64,000 nucleotides of DNA from an uncultured Anaerolineales bacterium (GCA_964438295.1 CAYTKR010000007.1:522-64521); one strand, 5' to 3'; shown: positions 41,663 to 50,940, counted from the first letter of the stretch. Numbers and translations are program-made. The notes: generated from the letters alone by a model not told the origin.

Positions 41663-42523
41663 TTACTTTCGTTCAACGGAGAGCATTACAAGGGCAGCAA
41701 AAATCAAACCAATCCCCAATATCCCCATAATCGATAAACGTTCTCTAAGGATAACGATCCCCAATGTTGAAGCAGTAAGTGGCTCGGCCAGAGTGAGCGT
41801 AACAGCTTTCGAAACAGGCACATTCACCAGGCCGCGAGCGAAGAGAATATATGCCAGAGATGTGGATAGTAAGCCGAGGAACAGCACTGAGGCCCAACCG
41901 TTAGGCTGAGAAATCCAATGCAGATCATGATTAAACAAGATGGGCGACAAGAGGATGGCACCCAATGAAAATACAACTGCCATGGCCACATCGGGAGGTG
42001 TGGTCGCTAGTATGCTTTTGCTTGAAACAGAAAAGATGGCGTACGAAAGACCCGAGAGTAAGGCGAGAGAAATCCCCAAGATGTCGATCGATAGTTTTTC
42101 ACCAGGAATAACCAGAAAAATTCCGCCAGCAATAGCCAGGCAGGTAGCAAAATACCAGCGCTGAACAGGTCGCTCTTTGCGAACGAGCCACTCCAGCAAG
42201 ACAGCCAGCACAGGCGCGCTTCCGATCGTCACGATGGTGCCGATGGCAACCCCTGCCTTATCAACCCCGGCAAAGAAAAAGAGGTTATAGGCTGCCATAC
42301 TGATACCCGCAACGAGTGTGGGGATGAGAGACCAGCTTGTTTTTCGGAGCGAAGAACCGCGTGCCAATGTGATGACCAACAAGGCTAGTCCTCCAATGGC
42401 CAGCCTGATAGCGCCTATCGATCGGGGGTCAGCTTCGGGTGGGGCGAATGCTTGAGCAGTGCCAGTTGTGCCCCACAGCACAGCACCTAGGATAATGAGG
42501 AATTCTCCTCGAATTCTGCGCAT
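41663..42523 (-). CDS. EamA/DMT-family transporter
   Basis: Ten-helix hydrophobic profile in two EamA-like halves. The start at MRRIRGEF (42523) avoids overlap with cobU. Confidence 0.7.
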   Translation of the reverse strand: MRRIRGEFLIILGAVLWGTTGTAQAFAPPEADPRSIGAIRLAIGGLALLVITLARGSSLRKTSWSLIPTLVAGISMAAYNLFFFAGVDKAGVAIGTIVTIGSAPVLAVLLEWLVRKERPVQRWYFATCLAIAGGIFLVIPGEKLSIDILGISLALLSGLSYAIFSVSSKSILATTPPDVAMAVVFSLGAILLSPILFNHDLHWISQPNGWASVLFLGLLSTSLAYILFARGLVNVPVSKAVTLTLAEPLTASTLGIVILRERLSIMGILGIGLIFAALVMLSVERK

Positions 42524-42536
42524 AGCCAAAGGCTTC

Positions 42537-43103
42537 TTAGCGTTGGACCCCAATCTCGTGCAACGGCAGCAACTTCCCCGCAACAAGTAAATACACTTCG
42601 TCTGCTACGTCTGCGACTTTGCGATTTGTCCATCCAAGCAGGTCGCGATAGACGCGTCCTAAGGGGTAGGGTGGGACCAGACCCATCCCAACTTCATTCG
42701 AAACGACGATCCAATCAGCTTCGCCTTCTTGGATGAGCGCCAGCAGCGACTCTATTTCGGCATTGACGATCTCAGTAGCGCGGGTTTCATCAGGCTCGAA
42801 ATCCTCATTCGTTGCAGTCAGCACCAGGTTACTGACCAGCATGGTCAGGCAGTCCAGGAGGACGAGATCTGCCAGGAGAGGTTGTTCTTTTAAGCTGGCA
42901 GAAACATCCTTGGACAATTCGAGAGTCTGCCAATGCCCGGGCCGTTGATCTTTATGTTTCTCGATGCGATCGGCCATTTCGGGGTCCAGTGCCTGTGCAG
43001 TGGCAATATAGAGCACCTGACCGTCATGCTGGATGGCCATTTTCTCAGCGTAGGTCGACTTGCCGCTGCGTGCGCCGCCAATTAGAAAGGTTAATTTTCC
43101 CAT
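42537..43103 (-). CDS. cobU: Adenosylcobinamide kinase / adenosylcobinamide-phosphate guanylyltransferase
   Basis: P-loop GGARSGKS, family-typical ~188 aa length and cob-gene context. Confidence 0.8.
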   Translation of the reverse strand: MGKLTFLIGGARSGKSTYAEKMAIQHDGQVLYIATAQALDPEMADRIEKHKDQRPGHWQTLELSKDVSASLKEQPLLADLVLLDCLTMLVSNLVLTATNEDFEPDETRATEIVNAEIESLLALIQEGEADWIVVSNEVGMGLVPPYPLGRVYRDLLGWTNRKVADVADEVYLLVAGKLLPLHEIGVQR

Positions 43104-43189
43104 GTTTTCTTTTCCATATAAATTGCGCAGATAGCTGCTGATTTACGGGGTGGTGCGCACCACACCGCAAATCAGGTTCCACCAATCGG

Positions 43190-44707
43190 TTAACCTTGAA
43201 TCAACGAATCAATATATATCATATCCAGTGCAGATTCTATTGAATCGCTCAGATACGTCAATGAGGCTGCAAAGGCGTCGTCATGAATGGGCTTTTGGTC
43301 TGTCTCTATCCATCCTAAGCTACGTAGCCATGCTCGCCGAAAACTCTGGTTGCCAAATATCCCATGGATATAGCAGCCCCAAATCGAGCCATCTTGACTG
43401 ACAGCACCATCAAAGACGCGCACTTCTGACTGGTTGCGCTCGTGGATCTCCAACCAAGGATCGGCCCCTGTTGTGCGGCCCATGTGAATCTCATAACCTT
43501 CAATTTCGCTTCCATCAACTGCGCATAGCCAATTTGAGTTGGAGAGATTGCTTGGGCGAATGCGAGCTTTCGCCCGATAGGTAGCTTTTGCTCCAGCGAA
43601 AGTGGTAGAAATAGGCAGCATTCCCAGCCCATGGGTCTGAGTTTCTCTTGATTCAACCTGATTGGGGTCGAGTATTTCGGCCCCCAACATCTGGTATCCC
43701 CCACAGATGCCTACCAGGGAACAACCATCGCGCACATGAGCCTGGATGGCATTCTCAAGCCCTCGAGCGCGCAGCCAGCTTATATCTCCAACAGTGCTCT
43801 TGGTGCCAGGGATGATGATCGCATCAGGATTGCCTAATTGTTCGGTTGAGTCAACATAGCGCAGGCGTACACCTGACTCTGCGATCAGGGGGTCGAAATC
43901 ATCGAAGTTGGCGATCCGAGGCAGGTGGATGACGACGATTTCTACGGAAGCATTCTGAACAGGCTTAATCGGTTCTGGAGCCTCCAGAGCAACGGCATCC
44001 TCCTCGGGGATATGCAGATCGTAAAGGTAAGGAGCCACCCCAACCACAGGTACGCCGCTCCGCTCTTCAATGATGTGGATACCATCCTCGAACAGGGTGA
44101 TATCCCCGCGGAATTTGTTGACAACGAATCCTTTGAGTATCTTCTGTTCCTCGGGCGGGAGTAGCCAATACGTCCCCAGGAGTTGAGCGAAGATCCCGCC
44201 GCGATCCACATCCCCAACCAGCAGCACAGAAGCCTTAGCGTACAACGCAGTCGCCATGTTGACGAGATCACCCTCTTTCAGGTTGAGTTCTGCAGGGCTG
44301 CCGGCACCCTCAATGATTACCAGTTCATATTCCTGGCGCAATCGGTCTATCGATCTGGTGACCTGTTCCCAAAGGAAATCCTTATTTGGATAATAGTCGC
44401 GGGCATCCAACGTTTGCCAGGGTCGGCCGTTGACCACGATCTGAGCCCGCGAGTCGGCTTCGGGTTTGATCAGGATAGGATTCATATCGACGGTCGGTTC
44501 CAAGCCCGCGGCAGCGGCTTGAACCGCCTGAGCGCGCCCAATCTCAGAACCATCAGGGCAGACCGCAGCATTATTAGACATGTTTTGTGCTTTGAAGGGC
44601 GCCACTTTGATCCCCCGGCGGGCATAGCTGTGACACAGCGCGGTGACTAACAGGCTTTTTCCCGCCGATGAAGAAGTTCCCATAATGGCAAGTGTTTTGG
44701 CTGTCAT
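43190..44707 (-). CDS. cobQ: Cobyric acid synthase
   Basis: N-terminal GTSSSAGKS ATPase block, C-terminal GATase block (GICGGYQMLG) and ~500 aa length. Confidence 0.85.
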   Translation of the reverse strand: MTAKTLAIMGTSSSAGKSLLVTALCHSYARRGIKVAPFKAQNMSNNAAVCPDGSEIGRAQAVQAAAAGLEPTVDMNPILIKPEADSRAQIVVNGRPWQTLDARDYYPNKDFLWEQVTRSIDRLRQEYELVIIEGAGSPAELNLKEGDLVNMATALYAKASVLLVGDVDRGGIFAQLLGTYWLLPPEEQKILKGFVVNKFRGDITLFEDGIHIIEERSGVPVVGVAPYLYDLHIPEEDAVALEAPEPIKPVQNASVEIVVIHLPRIANFDDFDPLIAESGVRLRYVDSTEQLGNPDAIIIPGTKSTVGDISWLRARGLENAIQAHVRDGCSLVGICGGYQMLGAEILDPNQVESRETQTHGLGMLPISTTFAGAKATYRAKARIRPSNLSNSNWLCAVDGSEIEGYEIHMGRTTGADPWLEIHERNQSEVRVFDGAVSQDGSIWGCYIHGIFGNQSFRRAWLRSLGWIETDQKPIHDDAFAASLTYLSDSIESALDMIYIDSLIQG

Positions 44708-44713
44708 AGAAAT

Positions 44714-45346
44714 TTATTCCGATTGGGCGCTTGAGAGTTTGTGTGTAATGTGGTTGGCGTCGTTGAGGAGGTTGATAATGGCACCTTCAGGATACACCGA
44801 GATCTTGGTAAGGGAGCAATGATCTAGATTGAACTGCCAGAATTTTTCGATTGAAATATCCAACAACAGGCAAATCAGGATTTGGAGAGCGCCTCCATGG
44901 GCGACCAACAAGAGCGTCTCATTTTGATGATTCGCTCGGAGATCGTCATTGAAAGCTGCCACTCTAGCGGCTACTTGTAAAGGTGTCTCGCCATCGGGGG
45001 GTGCGAAGTTTAGAAGATCTTCGTGCCAGGCTTTGACTGCCTGTGGGTCGCGGGTTTCGATCTCAGCATAGGTCATGCCTTCCCACTGCCCAAAATTCCC
45101 TTCACGAATACGAGGATCTGCGATGATTTCGCATGTATGGTGGTCGCCAATGGCCACGGCTGTATCCCAGGCGCGACTCAGGTCACTAGCGTAGATGGTA
45201 TGAAGGTCTTCACTTGCCAGGCGTCGCGCGATGGCAGCAACCTGCTCTCGGCCGTTTTTGTTTAAAGGGACATCGCTATGACCCTGAAAGCGATGGGTGA
45301 GGTTCCAGTCGGTTTCTCCGTGGCGAACCATTAATAATTGGAGCAT
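44714..45346 (-). CDS. cobC: Histidine-phosphatase family protein, alpha-ribazole phosphatase by context
   Basis: RHGETDWN motif and ..VAHGG... It sits between cobQ and cobS/cobT. The ATG at 45346 is preferred over the GTG at 45364. Confidence 0.7.
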   Translation of the reverse strand: MLQLLMVRHGETDWNLTHRFQGHSDVPLNKNGREQVAAIARRLASEDLHTIYASDLSRAWDTAVAIGDHHTCEIIADPRIREGNFGQWEGMTYAEIETRDPQAVKAWHEDLLNFAPPDGETPLQVAARVAAFNDDLRANHQNETLLLVAHGGALQILICLLLDISIEKFWQFNLDHCSLTKISVYPEGAIINLLNDANHITHKLSSAQSE

Positions 45347-45421
45347 ATCAGGGATTCTTCCCACGAAGTCACCTTGGGAAAATCATCATTTAATCAATGT
45401 CTTCGTGCCTGGGAAGTCAGT

Positions 45422-45916
45422 CTATGAGGATTGCAATTCAGCTAACTTCTCGCGAACTTTGTTGGCGTGTTTGGATTCACCTGCTTTTGTCTTGGAACGC
45501 ACTCTTACATTGCTCCATTTGACAGCGATTTTCCCCTCAGGATCGATGATGAAAGTGGAGCGGATGGTGCCTTCGTATTCTTTGCCGTAATTCTTCTTGA
45601 GTCCCCAGGCTGCATAGGCTTTGTGGGCGCTTTTGTCTGGATCGCTAAGAAGATCGAATCCCAAGCTGTACTTGCCGATGAACTTGCGATGCGATTCGCC
45701 ATCGTCGGCGCTGACACCCAACACTACCGCATTGAGACCGCGGAACTCATCCAGTGCGTCGGTGAAGTCGCAGGCTTCTTTGGTGCAGCCTGGAGTGTCA
45801 TCCTTGGGATAGAAATATAACACCAGCCATTGACCTGCAAAGTCGCTCAGTGATTTGACTTGCTCATCCTGGTTGGGCAGGGAAAAATGGGGGGCTTTAT
45901 CGCCGATATTGAGCAT
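45422..45916 (-). CDS. bcp: Thiol peroxidase / peroxiredoxin (Bcp type)
   Basis: YFYPKDDTPGCTKEAC active-site motif, ~160 aa. Confidence 0.85.
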   Translation of the reverse strand: MLNIGDKAPHFSLPNQDEQVKSLSDFAGQWLVLYFYPKDDTPGCTKEACDFTDALDEFRGLNAVVLGVSADDGESHRKFIGKYSLGFDLLSDPDKSAHKAYAAWGLKKNYGKEYEGTIRSTFIIDPEGKIAVKWSNVRVRSKTKAGESKHANKVREKLAELQSS

Positions 45917-45973
45917 TTTATATTCCTTTCAGTGAAAACATTCGAAGAAAGATTTTCGTAATTTATGTGGCAG

Positions 45974-46696
45974 TCAAACTATAAAGAGTAACAACAGAGC
46001 CATCTCAATTAACTCATTGATCGAGCCGTAGATATCACCCGTCAAGCCTGGGATACGTTGCAAAACGAACAAAGCGATCGCCCAAACTAGTACCAGCGAT
46101 ATTCCGAGAGAAATGGGACCGATCCAGCCGGCACATAGCCAGGCGGCAATGATGGCGGTTAGGCTGGCGATAGCGATTTGCCGCCAGGTGATGTGCGCTT
46201 TGACGGCGCTGCCCAACCCCTGGGGTCTAGCATAGGGAAAGGCGAACACGGCCAGGGACATTCCCCAGCGACTGAGCACAGGGATCAGGATCAATGCCGG
46301 GGAAGATTGTGGGAAACCACTCAGGGCAGAGTATTTCACCAGGAGCAGGATCACCCCCGCGCTGAGGCCGAAGGCTCCAACGCGTTCGTCTTGCATGATC
46401 TCCAAGCGTTTCTGAGGTGTGAAGCCGCCCAAGATGCCATCAAATGCATCCAATAATCCATCCATGTGCAGCGCCCCGCTGAGCAAGACCCACAACGCGA
46501 CCAGCAGAGCAGCGCGCAATCCATCAGGTACGATCATCGCTAAGCCGTAATTAGTGGCATAAAGCAGCGCGCCGATCAGCGCCCCCACTAGGGGATAGAA
46601 ACCAGCAGCTTGGCCGAGCTCTTTTTCGGTGAAGGCGCGCTTGATCAGCGGCGGGCTGAGTGTAAGGAATTGGAGGGCGGCTAGAAATGGGGTCAT
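45974..46696 (-). CDS. cobS: Adenosylcobinamide-GDP ribazoletransferase (cobalamin synthase)
   Basis: Polytopic membrane protein of ~240 aa with a LDGLLDAFDG-type motif, in cob context. Confidence 0.8.
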   Translation of the reverse strand: MTPFLAALQFLTLSPPLIKRAFTEKELGQAAGFYPLVGALIGALLYATNYGLAMIVPDGLRAALLVALWVLLSGALHMDGLLDAFDGILGGFTPQKRLEIMQDERVGAFGLSAGVILLLVKYSALSGFPQSSPALILIPVLSRWGMSLAVFAFPYARPQGLGSAVKAHITWRQIAIASLTAIIAAWLCAGWIGPISLGISLVLVWAIALFVLQRIPGLTGDIYGSINELIEMALLLLFIV

Positions 46697-46747
46697 TATA
46701 TGGATTTCCTAGAGACGCAGCATGCTGCGTCCCTACGTTTCTCTTTA

Positions 46748-47797
46748 CTAATCTTTATCCGAAACACCGGCCTCGCTGAAGGTCGCCATCTCATCGAGAA
46801 TCTTACAAGCCGCTTCGACCAACGAAATCGCCAGCACCGCACCGGTGCCTTCTCCCAGGCGCATGCCCAAGTCGAGCAGGGGTTCCAGATTTAACCATTC
46901 TAGCATAATCTGGTGACCTTGTTCCTGGGAGCGGTGGGCGCTGATCAGGTAGTCGCCAGCCTGAGGGGCTAAACTAACAGCGATCATGGCCGCAGCGGTA
47001 GAGATGAATCCATCGATGACCACAGGAACCCGGTGGGCGGCGGCTGCAAGGATTGCCCCAGCCAACCCACCGATCTCGAAGCCACCGACTTTGGCTAAAA
47101 CATCGAGGCCATTGTTCGGGTCGGGCTGATTCGTTTTGAGCGCATTTTCGACAGCAGCAATTTTGCGCTGCAACCCAGAATCATCGACACCGGTTCCGCG
47201 CCCTACAATCTCGCCAGGAGAGCGCCCAGTGATCGCCGCGGCAATGGCTGCCGAGGGCGTAGTATTGCCGATGCCCATATCGCCGGTTGCCAGGATATCG
47301 AGTCCTTTTTCGATTTCTGCATTGACGATTTGAGCACCCGCTTCGAGGGCTTGAATGGCCTGCTCAAGGCTCATGGCTGGGCCTTGGACAATATTGCCAG
47401 TACCAAGGGCTATTTTCCTATCCACGATATCTGGGTGCCCGATTTCACTGGCGACGCCCATATCCACAATGGTCACACGTGCACCGACGTGTTTCGCCAG
47501 CACATTGATAGCTGCGCCCCCAAAAACGAAATTCATCACCATTTGGGGGGTGACTTCTGAAGGATACGCGCTGACTCCCTCAGCGACAACGCCATGATCC
47601 CCTGCCATGGTTGTGACCACTTTATCGGTGATCGTAGGCTGACCTTTGCCAGTGATACCGGCAATTTTCACAGAAAGATCTTCAAGTTGTCCTAGACTGC
47701 CGCGCGGTTTGGTCAGATCATCCTGGCGCAGCCGCGCACCTTGCATGGCGGTTTCATCCAGGGGTTGTATTTTTTTGATAATTTCTTGGAGTGTCAT
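46748..47797 (-). CDS. cobT: Nicotinate-nucleotide--dimethylbenzimidazole phosphoribosyltransferase
   Basis: ..GDMGIGNTT.. and ..EGTGA.. motifs, ~350 aa. Confidence 0.85.
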   Translation of the reverse strand: MTLQEIIKKIQPLDETAMQGARLRQDDLTKPRGSLGQLEDLSVKIAGITGKGQPTITDKVVTTMAGDHGVVAEGVSAYPSEVTPQMVMNFVFGGAAINVLAKHVGARVTIVDMGVASEIGHPDIVDRKIALGTGNIVQGPAMSLEQAIQALEAGAQIVNAEIEKGLDILATGDMGIGNTTPSAAIAAAITGRSPGEIVGRGTGVDDSGLQRKIAAVENALKTNQPDPNNGLDVLAKVGGFEIGGLAGAILAAAAHRVPVVIDGFISTAAAMIAVSLAPQAGDYLISAHRSQEQGHQIMLEWLNLEPLLDLGMRLGEGTGAVLAISLVEAACKILDEMATFSEAGVSDKD

Positions 47798-47882
47798 ATC
47801 CTATCCTATTCAGATTAGGTTTTCATGCTGGGTGACCCTAAGGGGGAGTGGGGGCCCTTAGGGTCACATGGAGGAATGAATT

Positions 47883-48893
47883 TTATTCAAACAATTCAGG
47901 GTGCAGGAACTTGGCTAGTTCTTCCAGCCCTTCAACCAACCGCGGACCAGGGCGACTTATGATGTCGTCATTGAAAATGTACACCTGTTCATTCTGAACC
48001 GCGGACAAACCGTCCCAGCCGGCGCGGGCGGCTACAATTTCTGGGGTCACTCCGCCGTAGAAGTTGTCACCCAATAAAATGATATCGGGATCTTGTTGGA
48101 TGAGTTCTTCCAGGTTGATCTGCGCCCAGGCGCTCTCAAGGACGCCGCCTATGTTGACGCCACCAGCTTGCGCAATCAGTGTATCGTGGAAGGTACTCGG
48201 ACCGGGGGTCCAAGGCGCATTGGGGTCTGTAGCATCCAACTCATAGAATATCGTAGGGCGTTCTTCCACCCCGGCAATGGCTTCTTCCACAGCTGCCACA
48301 CGCGCAGCAAAATCAGCGATCAAGCTGTCGGCGTCTTGCTCATGACCCGTGATCTGCGCGACAATGCGCAAATTCTCGAACATGCCCTCGAGGTCTGTTG
48401 GATTTGGAACCACGAAGACTGTCAGGTCCAGGCTTTCTAAGGTCTGGATCTGTTCAGGGGCAGTGAGCCCTGCAGCCAGTACCAGATCAGGCTCCATCGT
48501 GAGGATAGTCTCTGTGTCCAGATCACCCCAGCCACCACCAATATCGGCGATCTCCAGCGCTTGCTCAGGATAATTTGAGACGCTATCTCGCCCGACGAGT
48601 TGATCGCCGGCGCCAATTGCGAAAAGGATTTCTGTGTTCGAGGGCGCGAGCGAGATGATCTTCTGAACAGGCAGCGTAATACTCACCATCCGGCCAAGGC
48701 CGTCTTCGATTTCGAGAACTTCGATGCTTTTCTCATCAGAATCTACGGCGGATTCAGCGGCCTGCTCTTCAGCAGCCTGCTTTTCAGCGGCCTCTTGCTC
48801 AATAACTGGCTCATCTGCAGGTGTGCAGGCGCTCAATAAAAACACTGAGATCAATAGGGCTAATGCGATAAAAATAAAATGTCTTTTTGACAT
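47883..48893 (-). CDS. Periplasmic binding protein of the BtuF/siderophore (cluster A) class, probable corrinoid-binding lipoprotein
   Basis: Lipobox LLSAC after the start MSKRHFIF (48893), an acidic linker and then a PBP-type fold. It is the first gene after a cobalamin riboswitch. Confidence 0.65.
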   Translation of the reverse strand: MSKRHFIFIALALLISVFLLSACTPADEPVIEQEAAEKQAAEEQAAESAVDSDEKSIEVLEIEDGLGRMVSITLPVQKIISLAPSNTEILFAIGAGDQLVGRDSVSNYPEQALEIADIGGGWGDLDTETILTMEPDLVLAAGLTAPEQIQTLESLDLTVFVVPNPTDLEGMFENLRIVAQITGHEQDADSLIADFAARVAAVEEAIAGVEERPTIFYELDATDPNAPWTPGPSTFHDTLIAQAGGVNIGGVLESAWAQINLEELIQQDPDIILLGDNFYGGVTPEIVAARAGWDGLSAVQNEQVYIFNDDIISRPGPRLVEGLEELAKFLHPELFE

Positions 48894-48924
48894 GTTCGTA
48901 ACTCCTTCTGAATGACGTACTTGT

Positions 48925-48958
48925 AGAAACAAAAACCCCTGCCGCAAGGACAGGGGAG
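48925..48958 (-). terminator. Riboswitch expression-platform terminator
   Basis: On the - strand CCCCTGTC-cttgcg-GCAGGGG is followed by TTTTTGTTT, about 30 nt before the btuF-like ATG. Confidence 0.6.
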
Positions 48959-49024
48959 GTAGTATTCGATATAGTGATAATTCTAATGGTATTCCCACCT
49001 CCTATCCGCGAGGTTTGTGGAAAT

Positions 49025-49250
49025 CGCGATCGTAGTGGGCGGCCTGGCTTTGAACAGTGAACAGTGGTCAGTGGTCAGGGGTCAGTGATTTTCATCAACT
49101 GATTACTGATTACTGGGAACTGATAACTGGCCATTACAGTTGCGGGACAGCGCCGGACTTGGATGCACGTATGTGCAACGCTCACCGGCTTCGCCTCGGT
49201 AGATAGACTCTACCGAACCTTCCCATCCGGGGGTTCAGGTACTAAGATCG
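49025..49250 (-). promoter_or_regulatory. Cobalamin (B12) riboswitch aptamer
   Basis: The - strand reads ..GGATGGGAAGGTTCGGT..GAAGCCGGTGAG..GTCCGGCGCTGTCCCGCAACTGTAATGG..(variable hairpin)..AAGCCAGGCCGCCCAC. This matches the GGGAA / GGTG / CCCGC.ACTGTAA / B12-box (AGCCAGG..C.GCC) consensus blocks in order. Confidence 0.8.
49052..49128. repeat. Eleven tandem heptanucleotide units inside the riboswitch variable arm
   Basis: + strand: GAACAGT GAACAGT GGTCAGT GGTCAGG GGTCAGT GATTTTC ATCAACT GATTACT GATTACT GGGAACT GATAACT. On the - strand this gives 5x CAGT facing 5x C(A/C)CTG around a GAAA loop. Confidence 0.75.
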
Positions 49251-49296
49251 GATTATTGAATTGATAAAGTTCGAGCTTGCTTCTTGACTGAATTTT

Positions 49297-49324
49297 ATCA
49301 TAAACGCATTTATAACCCTGTGAA
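49297..49324 (-). promoter_or_regulatory. Candidate sigma70-type promoter for the riboswitch operon
   Basis: - strand TTCACA (49324-49319), a 16-nt spacer, then TATGAT (49302-49297), about 50 nt upstream of the aptamer. Confidence 0.3.
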
Positions 49325-49371
49325 TTTGTGTAGGCATAATCCTGATAAATGTCAGGTTTCTTACGTGTTAT

Positions 49372-49935
49372 TTAGTTGGTGGCGAGTTTTTGACCTAGCT
49401 TGTAAGCCTTTTCCATCAAGTTGGGCTGTTTTTCGACATCGCCAACATCCATAGCAGTGCCGTGGACGACGCCAATGATCTCTCCATGCAGATAGCGGAA
49501 CATCGATTCGAAGGTATGGATTGCGTTGATGCCGCCGGATGTTTCCAGATTCGTGTCTCCGTAAGCTAAAACGACACCAATCTTTTTACCATGCATTGGC
49601 TTGCTGGAATCTGCCTCGAATGCATACCAGCGGTCAATGCATAATTTTAATTGAGCGCTGATCGTAAACCAGTAGATGGGACTGGCGAGGACAATCGTAT
49701 CCGCCTGACGAAGTTTGGGATATAGCGTTTGCATATCATCCTTTATGATGCACACGCCATCAGTTTCGTAACACTCATCACAGGCGTCGCAAGGTTGAAT
49801 AGCCATGCTATGGAGATAGAAACTATCGACCTGAGCACCCGATTCTTTGGCCCCCATTGCAACTTGGTCCGCGAGGGTAGCGCTGTTGCCATTTGCCCTC
49901 GGACTTCCTTTCAAAATTAGAATATTTTCTGACAT
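49372..49935 (-). CDS. Flavodoxin-like fold FMN reductase / iron-sulfur flavoprotein (Isf)-like
   Basis: ILILKGSPRANGNS N-terminus and the compact cysteine cluster CDACDECYETDGVC. Confidence 0.7.
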   Translation of the reverse strand: MSENILILKGSPRANGNSATLADQVAMGAKESGAQVDSFYLHSMAIQPCDACDECYETDGVCIIKDDMQTLYPKLRQADTIVLASPIYWFTISAQLKLCIDRWYAFEADSSKPMHGKKIGVVLAYGDTNLETSGGINAIHTFESMFRYLHGEIIGVVHGTAMDVGDVEKQPNLMEKAYKLGQKLATN

Positions 49936-49969
49936 GTTGTCCTCCTGTGGCTTTCTTTAGACACCTTTT

Positions 49970-50851
49970 TCAGCCCTCTTCTGTATCAATTTTGCCTTTC
50001 GGTTGCCATTTCCAGTTTGCCTGATCTTTTTGTACATATCCAAGCCCAGGAAATGGGAAGTGGGCTGCAAATACCAAAGCATTCTCTTGCGCGCACATAT
50101 CTAAAAGCTTCGCTTTTGTAGCGGTAGTTTGGGTAGGGTTGGCATCATACGATGAATACCAATCTCGTTTTGCCATGAACAAAGGGTGCGCGACCGTATC
50201 TGAGATGTGCATCAAGCGTTCACAAGACGAAGTGAGGCTTAAGACACAATGATCATGGCGGTGGCCCGGAGCCGGTAATAGCCGGCAACCCGGAAGGAAT
50301 TCCTCCCCAGGCTTTACAAGCGCTATCAAATGTTTGATCTTTTTATACGCATCCCAGGCAGATTGGGCTTTGTCTTATGTCCAATTGTTCAGCTGGGTGA
50401 GTTCGGCGCGTTTCTCCTGTGTAGTCCAAAAATCCCAGAAATCTTCCATCATTATGTGGCTGGCATTTGGGAAGGATATTTCTCCCTCTTCATCCAGCAG
50501 TCCACCGACATGATCCCTGTCCGAGTGCGTTATGACAACAATGTCAATCTCACTTGGGGCTATTCCAAGTTCTTCAAGACCCTGGAATAAATTACCCATC
50601 GGTCTGGGAATCCCAGCATCAACCAGCACATTCCGCTCTCCTATCCGCAGAAAGAGATTGTTGTAATCCACAGGAATATTTTCCGGATCGAAGGAATATT
50701 CATGGGCAACTTGTTCGAGTTCTTCTGCGTTTGAGTTGACAATCAATCCTTCGACAGTGTCTGTGCTGGAGAAATCATTGATCACAAAACAATGAAGTTC
50801 ACCCACCTTAAATGGATACAATCGTGTACTCATGGCTTCATCTTCTCCCAA
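49970..50851 (-). pseudogene. MBL-fold metallo-hydrolase interrupted by a single in-frame TAA
   Basis: The N-terminal half carries THSDRDHVGG (an HxHxDH variant). The C-terminal half carries APGHRHDH and HISDTVAHP. Both tracked ORFs are in the same frame (522-nt offset). The reading is ..LNNWT-TAA(50375-50377)-DKAQSAWDAYKKIKHLIALVKPG.. Confidence 0.7.
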
Positions 50852-50892
50852 TTCGCACGGCTCAAAATAACAAAGTCACTGAAGGCTCTTGG

Positions 50893-50940
50893 AAATAAAT
50901 GTGCCTGGGACCACATCTCTTCCCAGGCATTCTTATTTTT
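50893..50940 (-). terminator. Hairpin terminator after the GNAT gene (bidirectional in appearance)
   Basis: TGCCTGGGA (50902-50910) / TCCCAGGCA (50921-50929), with T-rich runs on both strands. Confidence 0.45.

Noticed and set aside
49052-49128. Short direct repeats considered as a possible CRISPR array. The same question applies to 30166-30245.
   Set aside because: The units are 7 nt and contiguous, with no spacers. No cas genes are present. They are microsatellite-type heptamer repeats.
50375-50377. The in-frame stop in the MBL hydrolase, considered as programmed recoding (selenocysteine or pyrrolysine).
   Set aside because: The codon is TAA, not TGA or TAG. No SECIS-like hairpin is evident downstream.
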